Source: an uncultured Candidatus Saccharibacteria bacterium
GTDB taxonomy: Bacteria; Patescibacteriota; Minisyncoccia; UBA6257; 1-14-0-10-44-23
Direction of reading: 5' to 3'
Assembly (NCBI GenBank): GCA_964560145.1
Contig: CAZLKS010000003.1
Span: forward strand, 1 to 43,662
Length of the DNA stretch: 43,662 bases
Shown here piece by piece: positions 39,985-43,662 of this stretch (positions are counted from its first letter, which is position 1; each line of letters begins with the position of its first letter). A model generated the notes under the pieces. That model saw nothing but the letters and a program-made list of their open reading frames with translations. It was not told the origin of the DNA and made no database searches. The translations under genes and the position numbers were made by a program.

Positions 39985-41556
39985 ATGATACCCAGTAACT
40001 TCACCACCAACTTGATGAGCTTAGGCGCATCGGCAGAATTGGCAAAATACATTGAAAATAAATTTCTTAACGTAACGGATGTTGAGATGACAGACTTGGT
40101 GAATATAGGAACACTCACGGCACCCTATTCGGGGATTAATTATTCAACGTATTCAAGCGCTACTTGCAAAACAAGACATGTCGCAACAGTAGCATGCTAC
40201 GATCTTCGCTTGATTTATAATTCGCTACTCGTTGCGACCGTGCCAGGCACACCGGAAATTAAATTTGGAAATGATTTTGAAATCAAGTGCTCAATCGAAT
40301 TAGGCGACGGGACTCTCGTTCCGGTGTTCTTCAATGGTACCCGACTAAAGCTCATGAAGCCTGGAGTTGTGGCAATATCTGACATAGCGGGAATTAGGCT
40401 CGCAGCGGGGGAGGTGTTCTGGGTACGCACGTACTTTAATCGAATCGCAAGCACATCATATACCGACGGGACGGGACAGGCCGGGTTTTTAGCGTCGAAT
40501 CAAACGAATCTATGCTCAAATGTCGCGCTAAGAGGTACACTATTTTCAGGGACAGAAGGGGCTTCGTTTTCTTCCTCGACTGGCGTTGATCCTTTCTTGC
40601 AGGACAAAACAGATTCGAGCACGATTGCGGCGTCTAACAATCAAGGATACGCGCCGATCGCCATTGTGGGTAGAGTAGAAACGACTCAAGCAAAGTCAGT
40701 GGTTGTAATTGGAGATTCAATCTCGCAAGGTAGCGGGGACTTTACTCCAGGTACGCCTACTAACTCAAACTTCGACATTTACTCTGGGCGCGGATACTGG
40801 CCCAGGGCGTTTCGCGATTCGTATGCTATTACGCAACTTGCGTGTGGAGGTGAACAGACGGTAGATATTATTGGCAACACCAAGAGCTTCTATCGATATT
40901 CATTAGCGGATTACGGCTCGACTGCGATTCTTGCGCTTGGAACTAATGACATAATGACCGGAGCGCTCACGGCAGCACAGTTAAAGGCGAAAATTCTGCT
41001 TCTAATTGCGAAGATATCGCCAAAAGTAAAGAAAATATTGCTGGCAACCATAACTCCACGCTCGACCACAAATAACGGGTGGCTAACCACGGCGGGGCAA
41101 AACTCAGTTGTAACAAACAACTTTAATAACGTCAGAATCGAAGTCAATGACTGGATTAGATCTGGTGGCGCGGGCGTCCCCCACATAGAGATTGCTGACT
41201 TAGTAGAAAGTAGCCGGAACAGTGGGCTATGGAAGGCTCCAGGCACCGCACTCGTGAGTGGAACTGCAACCGGCGGATCTACGACCACAATCGTGGATTC
41301 AACTAAGTCATGGGCGACCAATGAGTGGATGGGGTATGTGGCCAGCGTGAGCTCTTCTGCCGGTCAAGCAGGAGTTATTACGGCCAATAACGCAACAACT
41401 TTGACGATCAGCGTACAATCGGGAGGACTATCGCCGGGATGCGCGAACTTGGACACCTACACGATCCAAGCGGCATATACCGCAGATGGGACGCATCCAT
41501 CAGCATATGGACACAGACAAATGGCAGCCAATGTGGCATTGTCGGGGATCGAGTAA
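39985..41556 (+). CDS. SGNH/GDSL hydrolase domain protein (523 aa), probable receptor-modifying tail spike/esterase
   Basis: Block I VVIGDSISQGSG, block II ACGGEQT, block III LALGTNDI, block V DGTHPSAYGH. The N-terminal 230 aa are unassigned. Confidence 0.75.
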   Translation: MIPSNFTTNLMSLGASAELAKYIENKFLNVTDVEMTDLVNIGTLTAPYSGINYSTYSSATCKTRHVATVACYDLRLIYNSLLVATVPGTPEIKFGNDFEIKCSIELGDGTLVPVFFNGTRLKLMKPGVVAISDIAGIRLAAGEVFWVRTYFNRIASTSYTDGTGQAGFLASNQTNLCSNVALRGTLFSGTEGASFSSSTGVDPFLQDKTDSSTIAASNNQGYAPIAIVGRVETTQAKSVVVIGDSISQGSGDFTPGTPTNSNFDIYSGRGYWPRAFRDSYAITQLACGGEQTVDIIGNTKSFYRYSLADYGSTAILALGTNDIMTGALTAAQLKAKILLLIAKISPKVKKILLATITPRSTTNNGWLTTAGQNSVVTNNFNNVRIEVNDWIRSGGAGVPHIEIADLVESSRNSGLWKAPGTALVSGTATGGSTTTIVDSTKSWATNEWMGYVASVSSSAGQAGVITANNATTLTISVQSGGLSPGCANLDTYTIQAAYTADGTHPSAYGHRQMAANVALSGIE

Positions 41557-41567
41557 GGAATGGATAG

Positions 41568-41640
41568 TGGCATGTAGCACAGTTGGCAGTGCAGGCGGCT
41601 GTTAACCGCCAGGTCGTAGGTTCGAGCCCTACCGTGCCAG
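41568..41640 (+). tRNA. tRNA-Asn: tRNA-Asn (anticodon GUU), no encoded CCA
   Basis: Hand-folded cloverleaf: acceptor tggcatg/cgtgcca (one G-U pair), D stem gcac/gtgc, anticodon stem ggcgg/ccgcc with loop cuGUUaa, V loop aggtc, T stem gtagg/cctac with loop ttcgagc. Confidence 0.85.
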
Positions 41641-41641
41641 T

Positions 41642-41755
41642 TTAGGCCATGGTCCAAACAAACTTCACGAGTAGTGTCGTCACTGTCACGAGCGCTACAA
41701 AAGCAAAGATCACAAGAAGAATAGGAAGGCACCCCTCATACGGATCGCTTGGCAT
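41642..41755 (-). CDS. possible 37-aa single-TM peptide
   Basis: MPSDPYEGCLPILLVIFAFVALVTVTTLLVKFVWTMA. Start context GAGATATG matches other genes of this operon. The stop abuts the tRNA 3' end. Confidence 0.35.
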   Translation of the reverse strand: MPSDPYEGCLPILLVIFAFVALVTVTTLLVKFVWTMA

Positions 41756-41759
41756 ATCT

Positions 41760-42026
41760 CTATCTCGGTTTTGTAAATTCAGGGCTTGGCGGGGGACGCC
41801 CCCGCCGGTAAGCCGCTTCAATTTCCTCAACCTGAAGTTTAAGCGCCTTCTCAACCTTAAGGAAGGCCCTTTTCGTATCTGCATACGCAGCGAAAGTATC
41901 GCCTTGCAGCCTTAAGTAGTTTGCGTAGAAGCTCTTTCTCCGTTGTGGCCTTTCTTGAGACATCAAACTTTTCCAGGTCATATACTGACTATACTCGTAT
42001 TCTGTATATGTAGCCTGATTGAACAT
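41760..42026 (-). CDS. hypothetical protein (88 aa)
   Basis: ORF track; tightly packed (TAGatATG with the upstream gene). Confidence 0.5.
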   Translation of the reverse strand: MFNQATYTEYEYSQYMTWKSLMSQERPQRRKSFYANYLRLQGDTFAAYADTKRAFLKVEKALKLQVEEIEAAYRRGRPPPSPEFTKPR

Positions 42027-42028
42027 AT

Positions 42029-42244
42029 CTAAGCTGGAATAATCTCCACTCCCAGAATACGGACCCTGCCGTCACCTCCGATTATAACATGATCCCTATG
42101 TTCTGCCTCGTCCGGCAGATCCCGAATCATCTGAATATCAGTCGCAGGAAGCCTCAGTGCAGGCATAGGATCGTTTATCTCCCGTGCGGCATTAAGGATC
42201 TTTGTGACCATGCAAAAAATCTCAATGACTCTCTCATCTGACAT
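42029..42244 (-). CDS. hypothetical protein (71 aa)
   Basis: ORF track. Confidence 0.5.
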   Translation of the reverse strand: MSDERVIEIFCMVTKILNAAREINDPMPALRLPATDIQMIRDLPDEAEHRDHVIIGGDGRVRILGVEIIPA

Positions 42245-42248
42245 GCCG

Positions 42249-42878
42249 TTACCCCCAAAAGTGATAAATTCTTACAGACGGCGACTTAATAGCACGTTCC
42301 GGTGTCCATCCACGATTCAAACGCTGAAGCGTTCTTGAATACGGGGCTCCATACATTTCGCACCATTCTGTTAATGTTCTTTTCTGCCCATCCATTTCGA
42401 GTCGGATTGAACATTCTCGATTATTCATGTTTTCGCGTCGGCTCACCCATCGGCAGTTTCTAGGCTCATAGTTCCCATTATTATCAATGCGATCAATTTG
42501 ATATCCGAAAGGGCAAGTGCCCATATCAGCCAAGAAATCCTTAAAAGAGTTGCGCCATCGTGGACAAATCTTTATTCCCCGCCCGCCATATCTTGCATAG
42601 CCCTTTGTCCAGGGATGCTCGCATCGAGCCCTTAAACTTTGCCAACAAAGCCATTCCGCAGATCTATTTTTCGCCGAGCATCCACCATGTTTTCTACGCA
42701 AGCACCCACAAGAAAGTTGCTCTCCGCGCACGATACGAGAACCTCTAAGTATTTTCATATTTCCGCACGCGCAACGGCATAGGAACGTAGGTTGCCCATG
42801 CTCTCTGCCGTGCTGATCGACGACAGTCAGGAGGCCGAATGTTTTTCCCTCTATACCGCTATAATCGAGCCTACGCAT
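42249..42878 (-). CDS. HNH (His-Me finger)-like nuclease/DNA-binding protein
   Basis: FGLLTV..CRCACGN..SCGC, YGGRGIKICPRW, IDRIDNNGNYEPRNCRWVSRRENMNN, C-terminal GW-type helix. ATG 42878 (the track start is a TTG). Confidence 0.65.
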   Translation of the reverse strand: MRRLDYSGIEGKTFGLLTVVDQHGREHGQPTFLCRCACGNMKILRGSRIVRGEQLSCGCLRRKHGGCSAKNRSAEWLCWQSLRARCEHPWTKGYARYGGRGIKICPRWRNSFKDFLADMGTCPFGYQIDRIDNNGNYEPRNCRWVSRRENMNNRECSIRLEMDGQKRTLTEWCEMYGAPYSRTLQRLNRGWTPERAIKSPSVRIYHFWG

Positions 42879-42879
42879 A

Positions 42880-43074
42880 TCACCCACCAAACAAATGCCA
42901 AATTAAAAAACAGATTGCCGCAGCCAAGACTATCTGAAACCAAATAGGACCGCGAACTACAGCGCGGGAAATCGTCATCCTCTTATTGAAGAGGAGAAGA
43001 ATCCCGTCAAAGAGGAGAATCCCAATAATGAAGATAGGCCACAATCTCAACAGCGCATCCTGAGTAGCTATCAT
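42880..43074 (-). CDS. small membrane protein (64 aa, two TM)
   Basis: ATG 43074 in an ATGA overlap. LWPIFIIGILLFDGILLLF and IWFQIVLAAAICFLIWHLF. Confidence 0.5.
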   Translation of the reverse strand: MIATQDALLRLWPIFIIGILLFDGILLLFNKRMTISRAVVRGPIWFQIVLAAAICFLIWHLFGG

Positions 43075-43322
43075 TTTTTTCTCGTCCTCCAATTCTCTCG
43101 GCACTTGGCTATGGCGTCTTCCTCGCTATCGGCGAATCCGATCCACCAAATAGGATATGATTCCATCAGGCCAGAATTGCTATTGAACGTGAACGAAGAA
43201 GGGCCAAATTCGCCAGTGTATAAAGTAACTGGAAGCCCAGTTTCATCCAGTGGCTCCCCTCCGGTAACAACAGCAAGCCTTTTTTCTTTTCCTGAAACAT
43301 CGACTATTTTTTCGTCTATCAT
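43071..43322 (-). CDS. hypothetical protein (83 aa)
   Basis: ATG 43322 in an ATGA overlap, GAGGGAG 8 nt upstream (the track start 43367 would overlap by 49 nt). Confidence 0.5.
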   Translation of the reverse strand: MIDEKIVDVSGKEKRLAVVTGGEPLDETGLPVTLYTGEFGPSSFTFNSNSGLMESYPIWWIGFADSEEDAIAKCRENWRTRKK

Positions 43323-43660
43323 GGAAAAATCTCCCTCTCGCTTAGTACATCCTGAATAACTGCCCATTGACGGCCTTTGAGTCTAATAAGGACAGAACTT
43401 CCTTTAGCTCGCTCCGCAAGTGCTGCCGGACTAATGTTGGAACCACCGGGAGCCCTAAGATACCAGCGTTCATGCTCTCCACAAGCACTTGGGACAGTGC
43501 AGCGCGGAAACCTACCCATGCGGCCAATAAGCTTACATTGCAGATCTCGGACTTCGAGACTGTTACCGTTGCTGATATACTTTTTGGATCTATAGTGGAC
43601 AAGCAGCGCCGCTCCCTTTTGCGAATGGTTACCTTCTTCGATTGTGTTTTCACGTTGCAT
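43319..43660 (-). CDS. hypothetical protein (113 aa as called; may extend upstream across the junction to 286)
   Basis: ORF track. AAGGAG abuts ATG 43660 with no spacer, which argues for an upstream start. Confidence 0.5.
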   Translation of the reverse strand: MQRENTIEEGNHSQKGAALLVHYRSKKYISNGNSLEVRDLQCKLIGRMGRFPRCTVPSACGEHERWYLRAPGGSNISPAALAERAKGSSVLIRLKGRQWAVIQDVLSEREIFP

Positions 43661-43662
43661 CT
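43642..43662. repeat. 21-nt sequence identical to window start (1..21)
   Basis: ttgtgttttcacgttgcatct. Confidence 0.9.

Noticed and set aside
41457-41884. ORFs 41457..41732 (-) and the full-length 41642..41884 (-)
   Set aside because: The first runs antisense through the SGNH gene end and the tRNA. The 5' part of the second overlaps gene 41760..42026 out of frame. Only its distal 37 codons, after the upstream stop, were retained as a low-confidence gene.
1-43662. Prophage borders, diversity-generating retroelement, retron or toxin-antitoxin pair
   Set aside because: There is no integrase, att-like flanks or reverse transcriptase, and I noticed no template/variable repeat pair. The only RHH protein has no adjacent toxin-like partner. 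Nothing supports these systems.

Overview
The window is a complete, circularly closed dsDNA tailed-phage genome. Its first and last 21 nt are identical, so the unique length is 43,641 bp. I see no rRNA, CRISPR array, transposase, integrase, reverse transcriptase or flanking host genes. There are three transcription blocks. (1) A leftward early/replication block runs 9209->283 and continues across the junction through 43660->41642. It holds many tiny genes chained by ATGA stop-start overlaps, plus a RuvC-like resolvase, a DUF2815 SSB, a DUF2800 nuclease, an SNF2 helicase and an HNH-like protein. (2) A rightward RHH regulator and a prim-pol/VirE-type primase-helicase (9310-11834) are followed by a C-depleted, iteron-rich non-coding stretch that looks like an origin. 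A leftward middle block 15214->12254 follows, with DUF932, unknowns, a lipoprotein and a membrane protein. (3) A rightward late block 16387-41556 encodes terS, terL, portal, scaffold, capsid and a decoration-like protein. It then encodes an island of exported and paralogous beta-rich proteins, adaptor/nozzle-like proteins, a tail fibre, and low-complexity and large internal virion proteins ending in an SLT domain. It ends with a holin-like protein, an SGNH-esterase spike-like protein and tRNA-Asn(GUU). The overall layout is podovirus-like, and a Gram-negative host is inferred. The most interesting signals are: (a) a TTGTGTTAC operator-like motif placed just downstream of three predicted early promoters, including a fully overlapping divergent promoter pair, and also present as a perfect 9-N8-9 palindrome; (b) an ACCGGGGG(G) leader motif 1-7 nt upstream of the start codons of seven unit-leading early/middle genes; (c) two dnaX-like sites (A8 plus perfect hairpin in the primase gene, A10 in the internal-virion gene), each at a domain boundary with immediate out-of-frame stops; (d) a candidate origin beside the primase gene; (e) 40-bp repeats at 50-bp phasing in a 1.1 kb gene-free region upstream of terS; (f) a 5 kb late-operon island of Sec/lipoprotein-signal proteins and a multi-copy unknown beta-domain family. 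All family assignments come from motif recognition by eye and have not been confirmed by database search.
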